20,000 nt of DNA, from the IMG/VR virus record IMGVR_UViG_3300031234_000003; one strand, given 5' to 3'. Both the position numbers and the translations under genes were made by a program. The first letter of the stretch is position 1. Every line of letters begins with the position of its first letter. Shown piece by piece: positions 1 through 10,200 of this stretch. The notes under the pieces were generated by a model. The model did no database searches and had not been told where the DNA came from. It saw nothing but the letters and a program-made list of their open reading frames with translations. The DNA comes from an uncultured virus (IMG/VR IMGVR_UViG_3300031234_000003) (taxonomy: Duplodnaviria > Heunggongvirae > Uroviricota > Caudoviricetes).

Positions 1-125
1 ATGTTGCCGTGGTAGGAGTATTCGCCCGGATAGAGCGGGCAACAGTTCGGAATGCCTGCGTTGTAACGGCGAGCCCAGACACGAATCTTAGAGATTGGCG
101 TCAACAGGAAGCATGGAGTGCCCAC
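1..125 (-). CDS. Hypothetical protein, 5' part only (runs off the left edge)
   Basis: Not in the ORF track. GTG at 123-125 follows the stop of the upstream gene (128-130) with AAGGGG about 6 nt upstream. The frame stays open to the edge: MGTPCFLLTPISKIRVWARRYNAGIPNCCPLYPGEYSYHGN. Confidence 0.55.
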   Translation of the reverse strand, partial: MGTPCFLLTPISKIRVWARRYNAGIPNCCPLYPGEYSYHGN

Positions 126-127
126 AG

Positions 128-457
128 TTACCCCTTTGAGGGATCAGGTGCCGCAGCGGTAGCCGTTGCCGTGTTGGTATTCGCGTTCGAGTTGTTCACG
201 TTCACGTCTACCGTTGGAGCGGGCGTTGTAGGATCAGGCCACTTCTGGTAAACCAAGGCGTGACCGCCGAGGAACCCGTAGAAGGCGTACAGCGAACTCA
301 CGTACCCCGGCAGCAAATCCTTGCCAGTGTGGAAACAGTACGCCGAGGTTGTCGCGAAGACGACGAGGGCAATCGGCACGTGCGAGTCATTCGTCAGCTT
401 GTCGAGAAAGCCCTTCAGCCTGTCGCGATGTTCCTTGAGAATCTCTGCAAAGCCCAT
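128..457 (-). CDS. Small membrane protein with two hydrophobic segments and a low-complexity N/T/A tail; possibly holin-like
   Basis: Start reassigned to ATG 455-457, which has AGGGGA upstream. Hydrophobic stretches VPIALVVFATTSAYCF and YVSSLYAFYGFLGGHALVY. The holin call rests only on size and topology. Confidence 0.65.
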   Translation of the reverse strand: MGFAEILKEHRDRLKGFLDKLTNDSHVPIALVVFATTSAYCFHTGKDLLPGYVSSLYAFYGFLGGHALVYQKWPDPTTPAPTVDVNVNNSNANTNTATATAAAPDPSKG

Positions 458-467
458 AAAATCATCC

Positions 468-488
468 CCTATGAAAGAGCCCGAAAGT
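468..488 (-). promoter_or_regulatory. Copy 1 of the RCTT-N6-TCT-N4-TRRG upstream motif (candidate phage-specific promoter)
   Basis: Minus strand reads ACTT TCGGGC TCT TTCA TAGG, ending 10 nt before ATG 457. Same spacing as the copies at 12565-12585 and 15042-15062. Confidence 0.45.
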
Positions 489-594
489 CGTGGGAAATTC
501 TTGTCAAGCAAAAAATGTCGCGTTGAAATCACGAGACTTGTTCGTCCGTAAGTGGCTCAAACGCCACGTTTTAAGCCTGTTTCCAAAACTCGAA

Positions 595-623
595 TGGTAT
601 AATGGTTATAGATCAAAGGAGGT
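595..623 (+). promoter_or_regulatory. Extended -10 promoter (TGnTATAAT) followed by a Shine-Dalgarno site
   Basis: TG-g-TATAAT at 595-603 and AAGGAGGT at 616-623, before ATG 628. Confidence 0.7.
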
Positions 624-627
624 CACT

Positions 628-933
628 ATGACCAAGATTAGCGAGCGCAAGACACGGCTGAGCTTCGAGACGGATGCCGAGATGCGGGGGTGGGGTAGCA
701 TCACCGTAGACAAGGAGAAGCGGAAGACACGACGTGTCCCCGTGACTCGGGCAATCATCGTGGACGTGGACAACGCATTCCACGGCACCGTGCGGTTGAA
801 GGGTACGCGGCAGACCTTCGACTTCTCGTGGGAGGGCTTGTTCCTGTGGGCGGTCGAGCAGAAGGTTATGAAGGAGCGTGCGGAGAAGAAGCGGCTGCGT
901 GACGCTAAGAAGAAAGGACGGTTTGTGCGGTGA
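628..933 (+). CDS. Small basic hypothetical protein (101 aa)
   Basis: ATG 628 has a strong SD and a promoter (the track's 490 start is unlikely). K/R-rich. Its 3' end overlaps the convergent giant ORF by 29 nt (905-933). Confidence 0.8.
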   Translation: MTKISERKTRLSFETDAEMRGWGSITVDKEKRKTRRVPVTRAIIVDVDNAFHGTVRLKGTRQTFDFSWEGLFLWAVEQKVMKERAEKKRLRDAKKKGRFVR

Positions 934-1285
934 CCTCAATGGGGGCGTTGTAGACAACGCTCCCATAAATTCTCAGGCTGTCTTGCCACGTACCCTTGCA
1001 GTTCTGCCATTCCTCATACAACTCATCTTCACTACGACCAAGCGTGTAGGTCAGAGGCTCAGCAACCGAGTTCTGGTCGGCCTCCAGCAACGCGGGGTTG
1101 AATGCACTGAGTGGTAACTTGATAACCTTGTATTCTTCCTCGGGTCCAATCTCTTCGGCAGCGGTCTCAGCGTAATACTCGGCGATCTCAGCGGTGCCCC
1201 ACCAGCTAGGCTCAGGCAGTACGCCGCCAGCACTCATGGCTCGATTGTAGTCCGTCATGCTCATGCCGTGGTAAAGGAACCCATC
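905..1285 (-). other. Segment 26 (aa 3758-3883): H-type ART-like module, paralog of segment 1
   Basis: DGFLYHG...SWWG...LPLSAFN...TWQDSLRIYGSVVY. Confidence 0.65.
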
Positions 1286-4200
1286 AGCCGCAGCGGTCAC
1301 ATAGCTTCGGGCTGGCTGTGCGTTGGGCGGGGTTGCTTCCTTCGCGTTGCAGGTATTCATCACAAACCACTCGGACTGCATACCCGGATAGTTGCTTTCA
1401 TCGGGGTGCGTTCGATTACGCCAAAGAACGATATCCTCCAGAGCGATACCTTGAATCTTGCCCACGGTCTGCCACACGATGCCCCGATGTCCGCCCGAGA
1501 ATCCCTTGGCGGTGTCGTAAGCTGCCGACCAAGACAACAGGTCTCGAAGATGTGGCTCCCACTTGGCGGGCTCGCGGTCGTCGCCCATGCGAATCTCTTC
1601 CCCACGATAGAGGCACTTTCGAGTAGTCGGCGGTACGAATGGCGTGAGTGATTTGACCAACTCAACCACTCGACCGGATGCCGCTGGGTTGTCCTCAAAG
1701 GCGTCGGCACACTGCACGTATTGACCGAAGTAGCCGTACAGCGCATCGTCCATGGCGATAGTGTAGCAAACCTTGTCGTACTTGCTACGAGGAAGATCGG
1801 CAGCGGTCACGGATCGGCCTAACGCTGGGAGTTCGACCTGAGCCTTGGGCTTGAGGCGGACTTCCTTCTCTTCGGGGAGAGTGACCCATGCCCTGAAGGT
1901 GTTAAGCCAGTCCACAGCGTTCGCTTTGATCTTACCCTCGAAGACCTCGATGCGGTGTTGATCGGGGTAGTCGATGTACTTATCTTCCGCAAAGTTCTCG
2001 GCAAACTTCCTATCCAAAGACCATGACCAACCGAAGGTGCTGTAGTCAATGTCATGACGCTCGTTGAAAACAGCCATGCCGCGATACACCGTGAGCGGGA
2101 ACTTTTGGGATTTCCAGAACGCCAACGCCTGATCGTACCAGCGTTTGCTTTCCTCGTCGCTGCCAAACATGAATTCGTCATCAGCCAAGGTGGATTCGTC
2201 CATCACCTGCTCGAAGGTTGGGAAGGCTGCCCCGAACTTCTCACCGGGCTTCCTGCCCTCGGTAGGGACGTAATCGTACTTGTGCATACCCGTGATCTTG
2301 ACCTTACCCAGATCGGCTGTAGGTACGAAGAACCCATCCTCCTTCTGGTCGGTGGTGATTGCCACGCCTTCGGGAACCTGTACTTCAATGATTGCCATCT
2401 GAGGTATTTGCTTCTTGTTTTCTTCCCACGAATTCTCTGGCTGCATGTTGCGTGTGAAGAGTTGACCCTCAGCGTAGGCGGCGTAAGCCTCGGAGTATTT
2501 CAAATCGTCGTAAAAGTAGATGCCGTCGCGTCCCTGCGGAGCGTAGTAGTTCTTCCACATACCTTGATCCACGGGCTTGAAGCCGTGAGCTTTGATGTCT
2601 TTGGCAATAGGCACTGTCGTGACGTGATAGAGCTTGAGGGCTCGGGCTGGTGTGGCTGCGGTCAACGCCTTTGCTTTACCGCCGCCGATCCTAATCTGGT
2701 CGGCTGAAAACACGCAATAGCTATACTTGCCGTTGTACTCATCCACCATGGTGCTGTCGTAGCCGCGTTCCTTCATGCGGTTGACGGCTTCCTGATTGTC
2801 CAAAATGTTCCAATCGAGGCCGTTCTGCTTCACAATCTCGTTGAGCCAGTTGCCTTCTGGGTCTACATCGATGGCAAAGGCTCCCAGTTCAATCGTCTTG
2901 ACGGAATTGCCTTGCAAGTCGGAATAGCCGTCACTCATACATAGCTCGCAGATGTAAGTCAGGTCGGCGATCTGTTTCTTGCTCAGATTGTATTGATCTT
3001 CTTGCCGAATCAGTGGCTTCTTCATCTTCAAGTAGCAGGTCATGACGTTTGAGCCGAACTCTTTCGCTTCCTCAGGGTCATCGGTGAAGAAGAACCCACC
3101 AGCTTGTACCTTAATCTCGGAGAAGAGAATGTATCGGGTGCCGGGTTTCTGCTCGAACTTGTCGAATTTCTTATCGGTGCCGTGATACACAGGACCCACT
3201 TCACCGCGAGCAGCGAGCTTTCGGGAGACTTTCCCCCGTGGCTCCTCGTAATCTCGTAGGTCCACGACCTTGCACTTGAGCAAGATGCCGAGCTTCATGG
3301 CGGCGTTTGCGCGGTGGTTGCCGTCGTACAGCCAATCGCCTTCGGTGGTGCGGCACACGAGGGGGTACAACTGCTCCGTGTCACTCAGCCCGACATTGCT
3401 GTGCGGCTTGGTGATCTCCTCGGGGTTGTCCAAGAAATACTGGAGGTCTTTCCGCTTGAGGGTCGCCTGATTCGTCTTCAGATCGGCTGGATGTAATTCT
3501 TCAAGTTGAGCTTCCTCGATCAAACGGTCACGCTCAAACAGACGCATGTGGCGGAAAGTCTCCATCACATCGGGACGTTCGGGGAAGACCTGAAGCATGT
3601 TCGGCATATCCCCGTCGTCGTCCGAAGCCGTCTTGGGCTTACCGAGAAGCTGCTCGATCTTCTTGCCGTCGCTCTTGAACAAACTGATGAGTCCCGGGTG
3701 GAAATCGCTGGCGTTATCCTTCACCATCTCCTGAATATCTACCCACGTGAACCATTCTAGACCCGTGGTTTCCCAGTGATGTTCGGACTGCGGGGCGAAG
3801 CGGAACTCCGTACCCACGGTGCCGAGGAAGTTGTGATAGGAAAAGCCGCCCTTTGAAAATACGTAAGCTGGGTGCATGGTGATGCCGCCCGTGAAGCCCG
3901 TCTCTTCCGTTAGTTCGGCCTTGGCACTGTCCGCGAGGCTCATCTTTGGCTTGACCGCTCCACCGATGGTGCCCCAGCAATTGCCGATGTGAACATCGGG
4001 TGACCGCCACGCGAGACAGATGCGACCAGTGGTGGTGCAGATCGGCAGCACGCCAGACGCGGCGTTACCCTCGCCCGCCCAGAAGCCCTCATTATTGAAT
4101 CCTTCGGCGATCTTCATCGACGCCGTTGCACCTTGAGCCTTCGCCCCAACGAAGTCTATGTCGCGGGCATAGACGTTATGGTCGGTGCCGCCCTTCGCCC

Positions 4201-7200
4201 ACTTGATCTCGTAGAACTTGTCAGCCCCACCGTGATACTGTTGTGCCACATCAGGCGGAATGCTGCGGATGTTCTTGATGACACCCTTCATCCCATCAGC
4301 CTTACGAGTGACCTTGGAGCCGATGTCACCCGGCTTAGACATGGCAGCGTCCACTTCATAGATGTGGCTCGCGTCAAACACACAAATCTGATCGCCGTCG
4401 AGCAGCTTGTACATGCCCTTGCCCTTGAACCATACGGCGTCAAACTGAGCCTTCAGGTGCTCGGTCATCGGCTTGGTCGCTTCCACGCGATTCTTCTTGG
4501 CGAGGTCCGCGTTGTAGCCCTGACTGATCCACCATTTCATCATGGTCTTCGGCACTCCGAAGTTGATGGTCTCCAGCCGTGGCACGTCGAGGTAGTAGGT
4601 CTTCATGCCCCGCGTGGTGCCGCCTGCGAACTGCTTGGCGATAGCCTTGGCGGTCGTGAAGTACACGCCGTAACCCAGATGGTGCACGGGGGCTGGGATG
4701 CCGTCATGGTAGGGTTGGTTACCTTCGTAACCGTGGGCAACGTCGCCCGATCCCGCGTCCCCGATGTAGACCTTGAAGCCCTCGTTCCCGATGTTCTCCT
4801 GCTTCTCCTCGGTGGTGCCATGGTAGACAGGGCCGAACATCTTGCGGTCAACGGCGTCCTGCTGGCTAATGCGGTTCATGGCGGCGAGCTTTGCCACGCC
4901 TGCCAGCTTCTTCATGAAGATGCCTGCGGTGCTGCTGTCGAACCATCGTGGCGGCGGGTCGATCACGTAGGGCTGGAACCCCAGACTGTTGTAGAAGGAG
5001 CTTAATTCCTTCCCAGAGAGCCCTGTGAGCGAATGAGCGAGCAAGAAGCACACTTGGGCACCCTGAGCCTTCGCTGCGTCGAGCACAGCCCCTACAAGCG
5101 CCCTGCCGAGCCCATTACGACGTGTCGCGACCTTGACGCTTACGGTGCCCAAAACGAAGGCTTTGTCGTAAATTCCAGCCCCACCTTTGGGTAAAGTGCT
5201 CCAATCAAACCACTTAACCAGCCCCTCGCGGTCTTCCATGGTGCCGGAAGCACTTCCATCGACGTGTTTGGCGGTAATTCGCCCGTCTGGTGCCGTGGTG
5301 ATCTTGATTTCTTCCTCAAACCCAGCCGTCTTGACGATCCGCCCACCATCGAAATACTTGATGGCGGTGATGTTCTGCCGAGAGATATCGCCCTCAATGC
5401 GACGGTACATGTCGCCTTCCTCGAAATGCTCCGGGTCAGGCTCGCTCTTGCCGTAATCCCAGATGAACTCGATCACGGCGTACTGGTCGCTGTCCGTCAC
5501 ACTCGCACCGTATTCCTTCGCCGCGAACTCCGCGATGGCGCACCAGATGTATTTCTTGCCGCCTGTCAGACGGTTGTCGCTCGCTTTCAGACCTTCCTTG
5601 TCGATCAGTTGAGCGGCCTGCCACGAGGTTCCGTGGTAGAAGACCTGAGGATCGTCTTCGTGAGCCGATGCCGCCACGCCCTTAGCCTTGGGCTGACCCT
5701 TGCGTGCGTCCACCACTTCATACTTGCTGCCGTACTTTGTATTCCACTGGCTGAAGAAATCCTGCGGGATGGTGCCCCAGTGTAGAAGCATTCGAACTGG
5801 CGATGGGGTTGCCCGCACTTCAAGGTCCCGAACTTCTACGAGAGCGAGAATGTGGTTTGACCCGCTGAAGCCAATCGGCTCATTGATGCGGGAGGTGTTA
5901 ATGTTGTATGTCTGGCTTCCTTCAGTGTTCGGACGGGCTAGGAGCCGCAATGTACGGGTGACCTTCTCTGCCGCTTCGCGGAACGCCGCCTCTCCCTCGG
6001 ACGCATCGGGGAGTATGGTGTTCATGTCGGGGCGTTGTTTCTCCTTAGGGGTGCCGTAGAAGACTTGATCCCATGCCCGAATGTAGGAGTAGTTGTCCTT
6101 GACGTGACCCGCCGCACGGGTGACGGCACCTAGCCACACGCTGGGTAGGAGCTTCTCAAGCTCAGCCTTCAGTTCGGGATGGAATGGCATCTTACGTTCA
6201 GCGAACTTGGCTTCCCATTGCGTGAAACACTTGCGGACGTAATCTTCCCGCATCACCCTGATCTCATCCTGCCAGTCTTGGGTTGCGCCTTCCTGTGTAG
6301 CTGCCAAGTAGTAGCAGAGAACGTGGAAGGTGTTATCGCTCATGTGCTTGATTGGAGCACCGAGAACCCCCGTAACGTTGTCCTCGTCAAGGTACATGGT
6401 GTTCGGCTGAAGCTCCATGATAACCACGAGCGAGCCGCCGCGAGCCTTTCTATCCTCGGTATCGGGGGCTCCCGCAGCCGTCATGAGGTTCTGTGACACG
6501 TAAATGCCGCCGTAAGATTGACGGCTGGGTGCGGATATCCCAGCATCAGGATCGTCTGCCCAAACCTTTTCCGTACCTTCAGGAACTAACCCCTGACTCA
6601 TGATGCTTCGCAGATTCTTGATGCTGGTGCCGTGATACCAGATGGACTTCGGTGCGGCGGTCTTGACTTGACGCACGACCTTGAGCGGTCCCATGTGAGC
6701 GGCCTTGCCACTGAGTTCGATGATTGCACGAGCGAGCTTGGGGTCATTCTTGACGATGTAGTCGGTCAGATACTTCATCTGCTCCGCAAGCTCTGCCGAG
6801 CCCTCGAACTCGATCTCGCCCCATGCTTTCCACGCTTCCTCGAAGTTTTTGTAGACCGGGAACTTCTCGGGCTCATTGTAGGAAGCATTCTCGTCATTCC
6901 ATTGCTTGAGCCACAAAGCCTTAACTCGCTTGGCTTGGGCGGAACCCTTGGCGTTCAACTCACCACCACGGTCATTGAGGAGTTCGTAAACATCGTCCTC
7001 ATCGGGCAGGAGCTTACTGATGTCAGGAGCGGCTACCTCAAGCACGGGTCCGCCGCGCTCGATAGCGTACTGGTTTGCTACGTCGAACTCTGCGATGTAT
7101 ACCGCCCCGTCACGCGGGATGTCGATGTCGTAGGTGGTCTCCTGATCTGGGCGTAGGTAACCATCCCCCATGATAATCTCGGCATTTTTCGTGGACGTGC

Positions 7201-10200
7201 CGTGATACCACTTCTTCGGCATGGCGGCGGTCACACCGATTGCTTTCGACTCCGCTGGGATCGATAGGGCGTAGTGGGGATATGTCTTTTTGAACAGGTC
7301 TACCACGTCGTTAGGTATCAACTCGTTTGTGGGGGTTGCCAAGGTCACGGTTTTCTGATCCACGTCGATCACCGCGTAGCCCCGTAGTACCTCTTCGTAC
7401 TTCCGCCCAGAGGACATGCCCTCACCCATAGTTCTCGCTATCAGTGTTGCATGAGGGCCTATGCTTCCCTTCTGCGAGAACGCGCCATAGTCAGGGTGGT
7501 AAATCCACTTTTCATTCCGCTTCTCATTCAGGCTGCCGATCTTACTCTTGAACACCTTGAAGTGGTCCGCAGGTAGTGGCTTTGTCAGTACAACCGTGCC
7601 GGGGAATGCCTTCTCGCTAAAGTTCAATTCTCTCTCAATGGTGTCCTCAGTGCCGTCCTCAGGATCAACTTCGAGATACGACATCGGGATGTTACGGACC
7701 TCAAGGATGGTGTCGCACCCCTTCTCATTGGCGAACCACTGAGCATTCTCAGGGAAGTTCGTGAGATAGAGGTACTGCGGCTGTCCAGCGTTCCCGCCCG
7801 ATGAGACTTGATTCGGCCCCCAGCCGTTCTTCATGATGGCTTCAGCGTTCTCGGGGCAGGTGCCATGGTACAGCGTAGGCGCTGTGGTGCCTGCATACTT
7901 GACAAACTGCTTCGGTTCCCAGTAAAGCTTCCAGTGGTCTTCGTACTTGCCGCTCAGTTCGCACAACGACTCACCCGGCTTCTCAACCTTGAGGACGGTG
8001 GTCTCTGCGACAGGCATCTTGTCGAACGTGAAGTAAACCTTCTCGTTCATCAGGACTGGCGGACGGCTTCGGAATGCCCAGAACTCCAGATTGTGCGCGG
8101 GCGGCTCGTCCCAGAAATGACCACGGGTTTCTTTCGGCACTTCGATGAAGAACGCAAACTTGGCGATATCTGACGATTTTCTGACGATACCTGACGATAA
8201 CGACCAGTGGGGTTTACGGGGTTCCAACTTCATAATCACGGCTGGAATAGTCGTTTTGCCCATCTTCTTAGCCGCACGGGTGCGGTGATGCCCCTCTTCC
8301 AAGTAGTATTTCCCCGGCTGGTCTTCGTACTCATCTACGAGGATGGCTTCGAACCACTTCTCCGCTTCCATCTGCGTGTGAATCTCGTCCACACGTCTGT
8401 CAGTTGTCCATTGCTCGCCCTGCGTTTCCACCACATCGGCGACGTTGATGAATTTCTGCTCGATTCCCTTCAGTTTCCGAACGAACGATGCGGGCAGCAT
8501 GTGTTCCTTGACTGGATCGGCACTGAAATCAATGTTCCAGCCCTGCCACTCACCTACACCCTGCTCAGACTTGTACTGTACGTTGGCTCGGTTGGGATTA
8601 AACATTCCCATCTTTGCCGACGCAGCGTCCTTACTGGCTTTGAGGCCGTTCTTTAGGATATCGTCGAGGTTCTCCGCTGCCGTGCCGTGGTAGAACTTCG
8701 GCATCTTCCGTGCGGCTTCCTTCTCATCGGAGAACAACGGCGGGTCGAACATCAGAGGGAAGTCCTGTCCGCCGATGCCCTTCTGACCACGCAAAGGCAG
8801 GTTCTTGGATTCGTCGCCGTATGCCATGACCCTTTTCTGAGCGGGCTTCTTATAGCCTTGCCCGTAATCGATACCAATCAATTGAAGCTCAGCGCCCGAC
8901 TCAATTGTGATCTCATTTTCATCTTCGTTGAGCATGTTAGCAAGAAGAGTCGCGTCCCAGTCCACATCGGTTGAGCGTAGTACCTTGGCTTTGAGGATCA
9001 AGGTTTGAGGATGTTTCGGGTGCGGACCACCTTGATCCCACATTGACCCCGAGCCAAAGTACGCATCGGCACTGTTCTCAACCCACGTCCAATAGACGCC
9101 CGCCTTTTCCAAATTCGGTTGCGTGCCCTGCTCAACTTGAACCGCACGATAGATCGTGATGGGGAAGTCCACTGTGCTGAAGTGGGCGACATTCTCGTCG
9201 TAGCGGTACTCAGCCTCGTTGAAATCGTCTGGCTGGTACATCGGATTCGCGTCACACCAGTTGTCGAACGGCATGGGCTTGAAGTTCTGCGCTGCCGCAC
9301 GGACTGTGCGAAGGTTCTTTGGCGGATTCTTCCACGCCTTCTCACCTTTGTATTTGTAGCCCGTGATCTGGATTTCTTCACCCGGATGAATGTTGATCTC
9401 CCGCTCATCGGCTGCCACGAGGTTCACGTAGGCAGTGCGAATCCAGTCGATCTGCTTGGGCGAACTCACGACGCCACGCAGGATTACGATGTGCGGGTGC
9501 CCAGCAGCGAGTTCTTCGTGCACATAGGCGTTATTCTCGTCGTAGGACCAATAGATGCCAGTCCCCTTCTCCGCGTATTGACCCTTGTTGATTTCCTTAA
9601 GGCTCACCGAGCCCAGCCCACGGTAAACCGTGAGGGGGAACTTCAGGGATTGAAGGCGATTCATAGTGATTTCCCATGTCGCCCCGAGCCACTCCCAGCC
9701 GATCTTGTCGAGCCACACTTCCTGCTCAGCCTCGGGCATCTTCTCCCAATCCTTGCCTTCGGCTTTCGCACGTCCAGCGGCTTCGGACCTGATCTTATCC
9801 CAATCGCCCTGTGCCTCGCTGAGGCTACCACCCCAAGCAACCACGTCCTGTAAATCAAGATCGTACACGCTGCCCGCTCCCGTCTTGAACAGGTCGGGTG
9901 AAAGCGATTCAAGCGACGGCAGGTCTTCCACACCCATCACACGCTCGGGGATGTCGGCGTAAGCATTCGTCTCCTCGCCCATCTCGGGATTCCTGTACTG
10001 CGTGTCGCTCATCGGCGGCGTCTTGTGGGATGCTGACTTTCGCGGCTTACCGAAAGGTACTCGAACCTGACCACCACCCTTCGTACTCAGGGTGATGCTG
10101 TCCACTTGGAAGGAAATGCCCTCGGCCCAATCCATTCCCTCATATTTGGCGGCAGCGTCAGGCTTGACGTAGGCAAGGGTCACGTGCGGTACGTAGGGAA

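Noticed and set aside
490..627. Track starts at 490 (+), 532 (-), 17320 (-) and 19458 (-)
   Set aside because: Downstream ATGs at 628, 457, 17221 and 19341 have SD, promoter or stop-start coupling support, while the longer versions run through promoter regions or neighbouring genes.
1286..7234. Short DNA repeats at linkers (GTGACCGCTG at 1291-1300 and 1801-1810, GTGACCGCCG at 7225-7234) as possible recombination or cassette sites
   Set aside because: Only about 10 nt long and explained by encoding VTA(A). Other linkers use different codons, so conservation appears to be at the protein level. No integron attC-like or inverted-repeat structure seen.
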